A DNA stretch of 64,000 nt, taken from NCBI GenBank assembly GCA_964016885.1, contig OZ024746.1, positions 40,548,001 through 40,612,000 of the forward strand, written 5' to 3'. Position 1 is the stretch's first letter. Each line of letters opens with the position of its first letter. The notes beneath the pieces are model-generated. The model was not told the origin of the DNA, searched no databases, and saw only the letters and a list, made by a program, of their open reading frames with translations. Both the position numbers and the translations under genes were made by a program. Positions 1-11,257 of this stretch are shown one piece after another. The DNA comes from Eledone cirrhosa (lineage: Eukaryota).

Positions 1-300
1 AGGACTGGTGGTATAAGTATCTTCCTGTTCTGGGATGCTATATGTTTTGACACCTTCTCTAGCAGCAACCTGATGCATCTGACTACCAGCCCAGGCTCCA
101 CTGCCTGTCAAAGTATCATCCTCTTTCTGATGGGTTTGTGGTTGAGCCTGTGGTAGTGGAGACTTCCAGTATTCTTGGCCCCTGTACCACATCCCTGTTC
201 ACTGCTATCGAAGTGGAGTTGGCTGCCCGCAAGTGGAGTAGCTGTTTCAGCGTGTCCCCCTCGCCATCCTCTGGAGAAATATCTTCTCCATCCTGTCAGA
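1..300 (+). mobile_element. 3' RLE-tail fragment of a CRE-like family (others at about 760-1070 +, 5510-5570 -, 35660-35875 -, 39775-39945 +, 49500-49840 -)
   Basis: Shared gagcctgtgg..gagacttc..cttggccc and ggctgtttcagcg..ctcgccatcctc..ggaaa..ttctccatcctg. 49603-49836 translates to KYQPLSDKFVVQPVGMETSSVLGP. Confidence 0.65.
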
Positions 301-1132
301 CTGACCCTTAAGTTTAATTTATAGTGGTGGCATATGGATTAAATTTACTTCCATATGCATGGTTAGTAAGAAAGTGAAAACATTTAAATACACAATTCCA
401 ACATAACTTTGTGTATATTGCACATAGTAATATACATCTGCTGTCACCTTCACTAATATCAGTAATTACCCCTCCATCATCACAAGCACCATCACCATCA
501 TTATTACTATCACAACCTTCTGCATCATCATCAGCAACAATAATAACATCATCATTAATGACCTACTTTCAATTCTGAACATTTTCTAAAAGTGCTGGTA
601 AATACTATTTAAATATAATTAACAGAAATATTATTAAAATATCAGAGAAACAGTTAAGGTCAAAGTGGATTTCTGCCTGCCCACCCACAGTGAGGCCATC
701 ATTACTGGAGACCAACTTAGTGGTATGGTAGTGATGATGGCGGTGATAATGATGATATTTACAACTGGACATCAACTATGTTGTAGCAACACTTTCTCCA
801 GTGGCCACCTGGTGCATTTCACAACAAACTCAGGTCTTGTTGCCTGCAAGCTGAAGATCACAAGCTGTTGAAGTATCAGTTGCTTTCAAATAGGTTTGTA
901 ATTTAACCTGTAGCAGTGGTGATTTCTGGCTGTTTTGGTCCCTGAACCACCTCTCTTCTCACTGCTATCAAGGCACAGTTGACCACCCACAGGAGTTGTA
1001 AAGGCTATTTCACTGCAACTTCCTCACTATCTTTCGAGGTAACACTTTCTCCATTCTCTCTGCAGGGACCATAAGGCAACTTGCACCTTAGTTTCTGCAT
1101 ACCAAAGAGCATTTTCCCACATTATCCTAGCT

Positions 1133-1296
1133 CAGTCATGGGAAACTATGGTCCACAAGCCGCATGTGGCCTGCATGGCTTTCTGAATGGCACGCCTAAT
1201 TTCAAAATTGCCTTGAACTTGTTAGTAGTGTAGCACACTTTATGATGAACTACATCTATATGTGGCCCACTACTAGAAAAAGTTTACCCATGTCTG
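1133..1296. mobile_element. hAT (Charlie-like) MITE
   Basis: cagtcatgggaaact...agtttacccatgtctg termini with gtggccc subterminal motifs. Confidence 0.55.
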
Positions 1297-1533
1297 TCCT
1301 ACCTTATATCATTAGAGTAGTGATGGTATAGATTGCTGGTATATACAATTTTATATGCCTTATTCAATCCAACATACAATCTATACCCTATTTTGTCATG
1401 CTCCATGTCTCTCTTTCTTAATTTTTCCCTTCCTCTACAATATTGAACTCACCAGAAAGAAAGGCTTGAAGTGCTATGAACACAATCCCTTCTCTTCAGA
1501 CTAAGAAATTAAATAATCTTATTTTAAATTGTT

Positions 1534-1601
1534 TGGACCTGTTTTTCTGTACTTGCATGGGTTGGCCCTCCAACCCATGCAAGTACAGAAAAACAGGTCC
1601 A
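1534..1601. repeat. perfect 32-bp inverted repeat with 4-nt loop
   Basis: tggacctgtttttctgtacttgcatgggttgg-ccct-ccaacccatgcaagtacagaaaaacaggtcca. Confidence 0.95.
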
Positions 1602-2394
1602 GACATTTGAAGGAGAGGGGTTTCACAGAAGTGATTCACACAGTGACTAACAGTTAAGTGACCTATTGGTATGTGTGTACTGCTAGAAATATCAACTCCG
1701 CTATTCACTATGATATGTAATATTCTTGAACCAAAATTTGTATACTAAAATTAAAAGAGGTTGTGACAGATATTTTTCATTGATTAAAATTAGAGTTGAT
1801 GTTTACAGAACAGGATGTGCTTCAGCTAAAAATGGGATGTTATGTGATGGCCTTAAAAAATGCTTTATTTCTTTGTGAATGGTGATGGCTGGTTAAAATT
1901 GTATTTGATTAGCTAAGAGTTAAATACCAGGATGTGCTTCAGCTGAAAATGGAAGGTGTTGTGATGGCCTTAAAAAAGCACTATTTTTAATTATCTATAA
2001 TGGTCTTCTCTTCATCATCTTTTCAATGAGGTTCAGTATGCCTAGGTCTTCCTTTTCTGCAACTTCCTTTCACTGGGCCCTCCTGTCACTTCTTCATTGA
2101 AGGACATTACCCATATATATCACATGTCTATACCAGTGCAATCATCTCTCTTACATACTGCATCTAATGCTTCTTATGCCAAGTTTTTTTCCTCAACTGA
2201 TTCATTACTGTTAATAAAACCTTTATAGAAGCTGTGAAAAAAATTCAGAATCACTAAAACAATGGCAACTTTAATCCATCAAGATAGCCTATATATGCCC
2301 ACTTGATTTGCTAGAAATAGTAGTGAAATCTCCTTCAAATCACATCCCACTGTCTTAAGAAAGGAAGAATTCATTGGCCAAAAAATATACTTAC

Positions 2395-2478
2395 CTTCTT
2401 CATCAATATTCACAAAAGTGGATGTCACAGATCGAATTGTGGCATAGGAAAAAGCAAGAGGCATTTTTACCACTGGAA
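2395..2478 (-). CDS. SLC46A: SLC46-like exon; downstream exon(s) not found in the window
   Basis: VPVVKMPLAFSYATIRSVTSTFVNIDEEG resembles SLC46 IRS..SK.V...EQG. aaacag and gtaagt boundaries, 84 bp. Confidence 0.82.
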
Positions 2479-2861
2479 CTGTTTAAAATGAATTATAAAA
2501 TGGGATTTGAGAATGATAGTTTTGTAGAAAAGTAACGAAATATATTATATAATGATTAAACTTTCAAACTCTTTTTAAATTCCAAGATAGATCTTATACT
2601 ATATACATTTATGTCCTGTCAGGAAAGAAACAAAATATATATATATATATAGATATATATAGCAAAATTAAAGAGATAAAACTTTTCCTCAAATATATCT
2701 TTTTAAAGAGATAAAACTTTTCCTCAAATCTTGTTTTTTATTTGACAACTTATCCTACCATCATGGTATTCTGCGGAAACAACCACCAAATATTAAAGAT
2801 CAATATAACGTTTTAAATGTTTTATTCATAAGTTATATATATATATTTAATATAGAAATGG

Positions 2862-3206
2862 AGGCTCATGGCTTAGTGGTTAGAGCATTGGCCTTGCAAT
2901 CGAAAGGTTGTGAGTTCAATTCTCAGACCGGGTAATGTGTTGTTTCCTTGAGCAGGACACTTTATTTCACATTGCTCCAGTTTACTCAGCTGTAGAAATG
3001 AGATGATAGGGACTGGGGTCCATATCATTCCACTGTAAAGTGGACGTGGAGGTGCCACGGAAAAAAGCACCCAGCACTCATTGTAAATGAGGTTGGTGTT
3101 AGGAAGGGCATCCAGCTGTAGAGATCAAGCCAGAATCAGATCCTGTCCCACCCTTGCAAGCAGGGAAAAAGCGGACGTAAAATGAAATGAAATGAAATGA
3201 AAATGA
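2862..3206 (+). mobile_element. tRNA-derived SINE with central core and RTE-like tail (full copies also at 16795-17120 - and 50240-50575 -)
   Basis: A-box tggcttagtgg, B-box gagttcaattc, core ccttgagca.gacactttatttcacattgctccag and tail aggaagggcatccagc shared with the RTE 3' UTR. TSD agaaatgg. Confidence 0.85.
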
Positions 3207-4112
3207 AGAAATGGCTTCTAGAGGACTAGAACTGTTTCATTTCTATATTAAATATTTATTACTTACTGTGGTTACCCCCGATTGAACCCAGCACTCACAC
3301 TCACACACACACACTATAAAATCCCCTTTCCATAAAGACTTGTTAGAGCATGGGATAAAAAAATCCATTTTTGGTGTTGCTACAACTATGACTACTACTA
3401 CTACTCACACACCCTCGTATTCTCTCTCTGAGTATAATATATTATATAAAATTAACAAAGATCGCTGGTATTAATTCAACGGTCTGGCCAGCATCTAGCT
3501 CATGCAACGAATTTGCCGAATTGCAGTAATGCAGTTGCAATCAGCTATTCAGAGTGCACACATTTAGTTACTAGCAGATGAGGTAGCAGTGTTTAGGTAG
3601 AGAGAAAGGTGAAATTCTCATCCCCTATATATATGAGATTTCAATTTTATTTCAAAACTTTTTTCCCCCCCACCATTTTATAACTTCTTTATTATTTTTA
3701 CTTCTAACAAAATTGTTTCTGAAATATGTTGTAACCAAAAATTGCTTTGATTTGTTATTTTTTTTTTTTAATATCTTGAGAGTCCTGGCTAATAAGAAAA
3801 AAAGAGAGAAATACTGTAAAGTTGTCAAGAGTTTGCCTTAATCCTTTCATTACTGTATTTCTAATGAAACACAGTCTGTGATTTTCAATGAATTTTGAAA
3901 ATAATCAATTTAGTGTTTGAAATATAACTTAACAAAGGTTCTTAAATAAAATTATGATGAAAGTTTTTTAGATAAATATGTATGCTTTTAAAAAAAAGAG
4001 CTTTTTATCATTGAACCAGGCAGTTTGGAATTCCTATATTTTTTATTAAAGTTTTCTGATGTAAATAATTTTATGGAAAGAAGTTACAAAACAAAAACAA
4101 AAGCATACTAAC

Positions 4113-4355
4113 CAATGAATGCTGTTGTGATGTTTCGAGATAATCCAAACATGATAAATCCAATTCCTTGAGCTATAAATCCAATCAAACTCAAAATGAA
4201 GTCATTCACAGCAAAACATTTCTTCAACAAGGGAAGGACAATAATCAATGTTATGCCATAAACAAAATTCTGCAAACTAAAGAAGTAACCAATTTGTGTT
4301 GCTGTAGCAGATATTGGTGAATGGCGGAGGAAGAGTTGAACGATGTCAAATTCAC
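4113..4355 (-). CDS. SLC46A: SLC46-like exon (C-terminal-half TM helices)
   Basis: GEFDIVQLFLRHSP..QIGYF..LPLLKK..VNDFILSLIG. 243 bp, phase 1-1. Confidence 0.85.
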
Positions 4356-5192
4356 CTGAAAGTCATAGAATTTGATTTTATTTAATTTTAAATCAGAAAT
4401 AGAAGCATTTGCTGTACTTTTTTGATTAAAGAAATTTTAGCCATGTACGTCAATACATCTTTTTCCATTTCTTTAGTCAAAAAAATACAGTGAAAGCTTC
4501 TATTTCTCATTTCAAACTTGCTCACTGTTTCAAAACAAACTTACTTGTATTTAATTTTATTTAAAACTTATATATCACATATAACATACAATTAATTCAC
4601 TTTTAGCAGGCAGTGGACAAGACTGGCTGACAAACAAACCAAGTCAAAATAAATCGCGTAACAAATTGTTGTTGGACAGCCATTGTTTCCGATGATGAGT
4701 ACTCCAGTTGATTCAATCAGAGGAATTACCTACTTGTGAAATTAACATGTAAGTGGCTGAGCATTCCACAGACACGTGGGAACTTTTAATGTAGTCCTAA
4801 AGGAGATTCAGTGTAATATAATGTGTGACTAGGTTGACTCCTTGAATTACAGGTAAAACTCATTTTTGCCAGTTGAGTGAACTGGAATAATCTAAAATAA
4901 AGAGTCTTGCTCTAAGACATCCACTGCCCATTTGGGAACCAAACTCATGACCTTATTATCATGAGCTGAACACTAATTTGTTATGCTATTTACTTATTCT
5001 GCTTAAACTAGATTGCCTTAAGAATGCCCCTTGTTTTGGCATGTGATTCAGGGTGTAGGTCTTCTCCTTCATGTTTTTTTTTTTCTTTTATGATTTTTTA
5101 TCTATTTTTCTTTTTACCAACCTTTCTTTAAACTGCTAAATATATATATATATATATATATATTCTTGTTGCAAGTAATTAAAGCTGTAAGA

Positions 5193-5240
5193 GTGTTGTA
5201 TACATGTATTTCAGAGTTAATACTCATCATCAGTAGCCAT
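5193..5240 (-). ncRNA. hammerhead-like motif in an SLC46 intron (sense), weak stem I
   Basis: cua-CUGAUGA-u[gagu auua acuc]u-GAAA-uacaugua-ua. Confidence 0.45.
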
Positions 5241-6405
5241 TTACTTAATGGTGACTGTTACATATCTGGTAAGCTTTCCATATATTCTCAATTCTCAGTT
5301 TTAGAAAAATAAGAGAAAACAGAATGAAAGGAAAGACTGAGCTGAAATATACCGTTGCAATGGTAATACTTCAGCAATGTAATCCTGTGAGAATGAAGAT
5401 GCATGCAAATTTGATAGAAGAAAAATCTGTTGCTACATTATCATTAGGAAAATAGCTTCAAAACAGGTAAAACATTGTATACAAACAGCATATCTTAAGG
5501 GATAGTCCACATCATGGTCCCAGCCAACAGGATTGAGAAGAGTCTGCCCTGGAGGATAGTAAGTGAGACTCTTCATTAGGTATTTCTGGAATGGAATAGA
5601 CTTCTATCAGTTTTTGATAAGTGTTTGGTTCTTCAATCAACTGAACTGAAATTAATGTGTTTTCTTAGCATTCCACAGACATGTGTACCTTTAATTCAGT
5701 TCTTAAAGGGATTCAACATAACACAGCTAGCTCTTCAAATTACAGGTACAACACACTTTTGCCATCTGAATGGACTGGAGCAATGTGAAATAAAATGTTT
5801 TGCTCAAGAACACAATGTTCCACAGCTTCCAATTGTGTGCTGAACAGACTAACCACTAAACCACACTGTGTAGATTTTAAGTAGTACACATAATGGATAA
5901 GGTGTTGTTACTCTTCATAAAGCAACAAAAGGAAAGAAACTAGGTTATGTAGAAGGCAGCTTCAAAGCAAAGAAGCTTATTTGTCAATTAGACTACTACA
6001 GTGTCATGAGTGATGTAGTCAGGTTTGAATGAAAACAAATGAAACTACAAATCTTCATTCTTTCAGGTGTTTAAAGTGATTTTTCTCAATATTTTGGGGT
6101 TTCTGTGTACAAAAAGTCATAGAAATTAGGGAAAGTGTATTGTACAGATGATAATCTGATTAATTACTGGTACTTACTGGTTAAAAGTACATCTAAGATT
6201 TTACCCAATATTGAAATATTCCATTGATGAGTTGTGAAATTTTCCCTTTCTAGCTTACCACGGTTTGACTTAAATAATACAACCCCAATCATGAATACAA
6301 ATTGCTGAAAAGGAAGATGTGTCTGAGGACTCTGCTACCATGAACCTCCCAGGTATAAGTGACAGGGAGTGGGAGGTGGAAGAAGGCATTTCTTTTTTTA
6401 CCTAC

Positions 6406-7257
6406 CTTTTGTCATCAATATCAGAATGGATAAAATCATAATTCCATATAGGAGAACAGTACGTTCTTTAAATTTTCTTTTCTGGATGATAAAACTGTAC
6501 AAACTCTTGACATGCATGATACTGAAAATACTTTTCAAAACACAACCAAGAGATTTGTCTGTTTCAATTAATTCTTCAACAACAAAGATAGTATAAGATA
6601 AATTCAAAATATTAAAAATAATCATTATACCATACATTGCTATATAGCCAACAGCATCTAACATCATGCCAGCTACCAGCATACCAATGGTTGTTGATAA
6701 GAATATCATGGATTCTAAGATTCCAATACGAATGGTGCGGTATTTTTTATCAGTTATGTGTGTGACATAGCTATAAAGTGCCATCATCATGACAATATTG
6801 CCACCACAACAACCGTTTAGAACAACACCAATTAATAAATATATTACAGGGATGTTGTCAAAAGAAGAAATAATCATAAAAGTAAAAAGTGCTATGATAT
6901 TTCCAACAATAGGCAATATAAGGACAATTTTACGACTGAATGTATCTCCAAAAGGACCAAGGAAGAGTGCAGCAATGATGGAGGGAATTAAAAGAGTCAT
7001 ATTAAAGTACAAAATCCATTTTGATGTCTGAACTTGAATGGTGGCTTCTTCTGAGTGAAATGTTCCATTATTCAACAGGGGACAGTTATTTGGGCCTAGA
7101 GTTGTCAAACATGTTCTTTCATAAACCAATGACTGTAGTGTGATGATGTTTAAACCTTCAGAGAAAATATACAAAAATAATATCGGTTCAACAATGTTCC
7201 TTATATGCACCATTATTTCTTTGATTGTAGTTCTGTGGGTAGAAGTAGTTTGTCCTC
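6406..7257 (-). CDS. SLC46A: SLC46-family MFS transporter (PCFT/HCP1-like), large exon; first in-exon ATG at 7213
   Basis: VEPILFLY, GPFGDTFSRK (MFS motif A), NGCCGG, SYVTHIT..RTIRIGILE and multiple TM helices. Acceptor tttcag; donor AG|GTAGGT. Confidence 0.88.
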
Positions 7258-8285
7258 CTGAAAATATAAAATAAACATTTATTATTATGTTATGTGTGTG
7301 TGTGTGTATGTATAAAACATAGTGTTTATCCTTGCATACAACCATAACCCAACCACTACTATTACCATGAACTTAGTCATTCGTTAATGTCCATATTTCT
7401 ATGGGCCGTCTGTGTTTACAATACTGTATTTGTCTCTACAATAGGAAGGGCATCCAGCCATATAGAACATGCCAAACAAAGAGTCAGAAAGACTGTAGCT
7501 ATGACATCTTTGCTAGTGTTGGTACCATGATAAAACACACTTGTTACAGTGTGGGAACATATGTTGGGCTTGTGGCCCACCTGGTGGTCAGAGGTTCTGC
7601 TCGACTACTGACCAATTTGTGATGACATGTCCAACCCTTGCTTTCAGAAAAAATGGCCATTAAACGATCAATGTTAAACATTGAATGCATTTGCCCAAAA
7701 AGAAGAACTGGTCTACATCATTGGATGCAAACGAAGCTGCAGGTTTTATATCAGAGTGACTTTCTCCTAGAGAGATGTCTTAATGAAGACTAGGAGTCTC
7801 TAGCTCCACAAAAAAAAAACTTCATTGGATGGCCATTGGCTCTCCTGAGTTCCTTTTCCCTTTGACAGATTTTGTTCTTCATCCTGCAGGGTATCCAAAT
7901 TCACCCTCTTCACCAAGCAAGCTTGGTGGGGTTGCTGGTTTAGTCGCCAATGACCCAACCATCTACAGGTTATGCTGGGTTACATGTTACCAGTAGCGCT
8001 GAAGAGTGACATGACATACATACAAGAGCCTCATTTCAATATTTAACTTATAAACAAAAATTATCTCAGTATTTGAGTGTGAAATTTTCCTGTCGATAAT
8101 TTCCAGTTCCCTATTAAGGAAAACATAGCATTATCTTGTCACTAAACTATTCTACATTGTACGGCCCTTTAAGTTCTGAGTTCAAATTTCGCCAAGGTTA
8201 GCTTTGTCTTTCATCCTTATGAGGTCGATAAAATGAAGTACCCCTTCCCTCAAAATTATTGGCCTTGTGCCTAAATTATAAACCA

Positions 8286-8475
8286 TGGTGGATTGGCAGT
8301 ATCGGTAGAGGGTCAGACGCCATGCTTTGATGCATAGAGTTACGGCCCTTGCCATTCTGAGTTCAAATCCTGCCGAAGTTAACTTTACTTTTCATCCTTA
8401 CGGGGTCGATAAAATAAAGTACCAGTAATGCACTGGGTAATTGCTGGCCTTGTGCCAAAAGTAGAAACAATTATT
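8286..8475 (+). mobile_element. second tRNA-derived SINE family with a Nin/Deu-like domain (also about 8160, 12060, 12715, 15840, 34320, 48610, 54285, 55560)
   Basis: gagttcaaatcc.gccgagg B-box followed by tttcatccttacggggtcgataaaataaagtaccag in many copies. Confidence 0.75.
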
Positions 8476-9190
8476 TCTAATAACTCCAGTCCAGAATTGA
8501 TAAAGTGAGTTTAGAAACAGGTATTTTTACTCCAAGACAACGCTACTTATCAAACAAAAAATGTACCTGCTTCTTAGGAGTAGTTGTTTTTGTTGCTGTT
8601 TAGCTCCAAATCAACCCTAATAAAAAAACGCTCCAGCCATGAACACCGTCTTTTTCTATATCAAAGACTACATTGCCTAATGTTTTCTTTTCTTTTTTTC
8701 AGATTGTAAGATGGGATATGGCTGCTATTTTTAGCATGTTGAATGAACATATAGAGGATCTCTCATTGACTAGAATGATTTGTTGTTATTGTTTAGTTCC
8801 AGGTCGACTCTGATCAAACAGATCTATATTACATTATTGCCAACTGTGAAAGAATGTCTTCTCATTACTACATTTCCATGAGGCATGATGTGATAGCTAG
8901 AATGAGCTGGAATGCATTCCGGAAAACGGAAATAAAATGAAATAAGGAGGAATATGTTGAGACCGATGGCCCAAAGAAATATTGGTGGAACCTAAAAATA
9001 AAAACTACCATCAAATTAACCTTTTATTATTTACGTTACTCTATATTTACAATTGCATTTTCATGGTGAAGGCTTTATCTTACATAATTATGTCACATAA
9101 TATCGAATCTGAGATTTTGATGTTATTTATTTTGAGAACAATACCTTAACATCAGTATGAGCAACCAGTTATGGTTTGTTTGAACAGAAA

Positions 9191-9873
9191 TAGTAATATA
9201 CGTGAACGGCAAAGCATAAACGAACTAAGGGAGAAATGAGGGATCAGATGTTGTTTACTCGAGAGAAGACTACGTTGGTACGGTCACGTGATGCGCATAA
9301 AAGATGACAGCTGTATAAAAAAGGGCAGGGCGATAAAAATAGACGGTAGCCACGGAGTAGGCAGACCCAGAAAAACCTGGAACGACTTGATAAATTCCGA
9401 CCTCACACACATACACCTCTCCAAGACAATGTCACTGGACCGAGATCTTTGGCGCTACACAGTCATACAGAAGACCCACCTTGCCTAAGTACAAAGCGAA
9501 ACCTACAGTCAGTAGGCACCTCTAACAAAATACACCCCCGTCCCACTATCCCCACCCCATCCACACCACCCCCTTAAATGTCAAGTTATGTTGGTACCAC
9601 AACATCCAGTCCGAAACAAATGAGGTCGTGTAGGTATCACGACAAAAAAACACACAGTACACGCTGTAATGTGGCCGTGTAGGTATCACGGTAAAAACCT
9701 CCCAGTCAACACTGTAAACGTGGTTGGTGTTAGGAAGGGCATCCAGCCGTAGAAAACCCGCCAGACAGTCCTATACGAGCAGGACAACAAATCTTGCCTC
9801 AAGTCGGAAAACTCCCGTCCAAACCCATGCAAGCGTGGAAGATGGACGTTAAACGATGATGATGATGATGATG
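9191..9873 (+). mobile_element. RTE-clade LINE 3' fragment with (GAT)n tail (relatives at 26092-26543 and 63806-64000)
   Basis: RRLRWYGHVMR..GRPRKTW; 3' UTR nearly identical to 26092-26543. Confidence 0.82.
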
Positions 9874-10893
9874 AGAAAAAGGTAAGAGAATTCTGGCCAG
9901 ATATGGCCAGTTTAAATGCTAAAGGGTTAAAGCACAATTGACCTGATATTGTTGTTTGGGACTACACATTAAAAACATGTTCTGTTGTAGAAGTCAGCTG
10001 TCCACTTAATGCCAATGTTGTAAGAAAAATGCAAGGGAAGGAGGATATCTTTAGGCCATTGATGTTACTTTACTAAATCCCTCCAAATTCTAGATTATTT
10101 TCAAATTTAGGCAGTGTATATCATTAGAAATATGGTAACAAAATGTTAAATAAGAGAATAGAAGAAAACTAAACTTACATTAAAAATCCTCCACAGGTAA
10201 TAGTGAAGTATTTTTTCAGTCTTACTATGTCTAGTTTAGTTTCTTGAGTGGGTGTTGAACAACTCAAATAATTTTATTCTACTGTGCTACAATAACAATA
10301 GTAAATTTGTTACAGTGACTGCCAACAAATAAAAAGCAATCTAGATATGATTTTCTTTCTCGTTGGTTCTTTGTGTATATATAAGTAAATAGTGAATAAG
10401 AAAGCATAAAAGAAAAAATCAAAACACTAAAGAAACGGGAGTAGAGAAAAAAATGTAGAATACACTTTAAAATACTATATATGATTTTTTTTTTGTTTTT
10501 TTTTTGTTTTTTTTTGTTTTTTTTTGTATATATATATCAAATCTAGATTTTCTGATATTATGTTACATTGTGTGTGGAAAGGATTTCCCTAGTTTTCAAC
10601 AATGAGCATTCCAGTTGTTCATTCAATGGAACAGCCTGCTCATGAAATTAACAATTAAGTGGTTGAGTATTCTACAGGCAGGTGTACCCTTAACATAATT
10701 CTCAGGGAGATTCAGCATGACACAATGTGTGACAAGGCTTACCAATTGAATTACAGATACAGTCCGGTCAATGGAGAGGAGACAGTTGATTATATCGACT
10801 TCCATACTTGACTGATTCATTATTTTATCCATCCTGGAAGGATGAAAAGCAAAGTTGACCTCAGAAAATAAAGGACCAAAACAAATGCTGCTA

Positions 10894-10979
10894 AAAATTT
10901 GAGACATTTTGAGAAGAGTGGGTATAGTCAGTAGCATGCTACTGACTATACCCACTCTTCTCAAAATGTCTCAAATTTT
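10894..10979. repeat. perfect spacerless 86-bp palindrome
   Basis: 43-bp arms centred on gca|tgc at 10936/10937. Confidence 0.95.
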
Positions 10980-11026
10980 CACTGCACGTGTTTCTCCTAA
11001 TGTAGAAAAGAAATTTGACGTATGTT

Positions 11027-11257
11027 TAACCCTTTTCTTACTATATTTCTAATGAAAGATACTGCATGTGATTTTCAAATAATTTTGAAAATAATCAAGA
11101 ATTTCCAGGGATTTAGTAAATTGTTAAGCCGGTGTTTGCAACATAGCTATGCAAAAATCTTTGTTAAGTTATGATGAAAGGTTTTTAGATAAATATAAAC
11201 ATATTAAAAAATGTTTGTATCATATAACCAGGAGTGGTTTAGTATCAAAAGGGTTAA
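11027..11257. mobile_element. second TTAA/CCCTT MITE family (also about 3840, 14980, 24367, 51030)
   Basis: ttaaccctttt...atcaaaagggttaa termini with a shared interior. Confidence 0.65.

Noticed and set aside
2862-2935. tRNA gene
   Set aside because: It is the tRNA-like head of a SINE, continuing into core and tail in three copies, with no proper acceptor stem.
7258-7345. N-terminal MVVCKDKH.. of the 315-aa ORF
   Set aside because: It lies upstream of a clear tttcag acceptor and runs through a CA repeat, so it is intronic.
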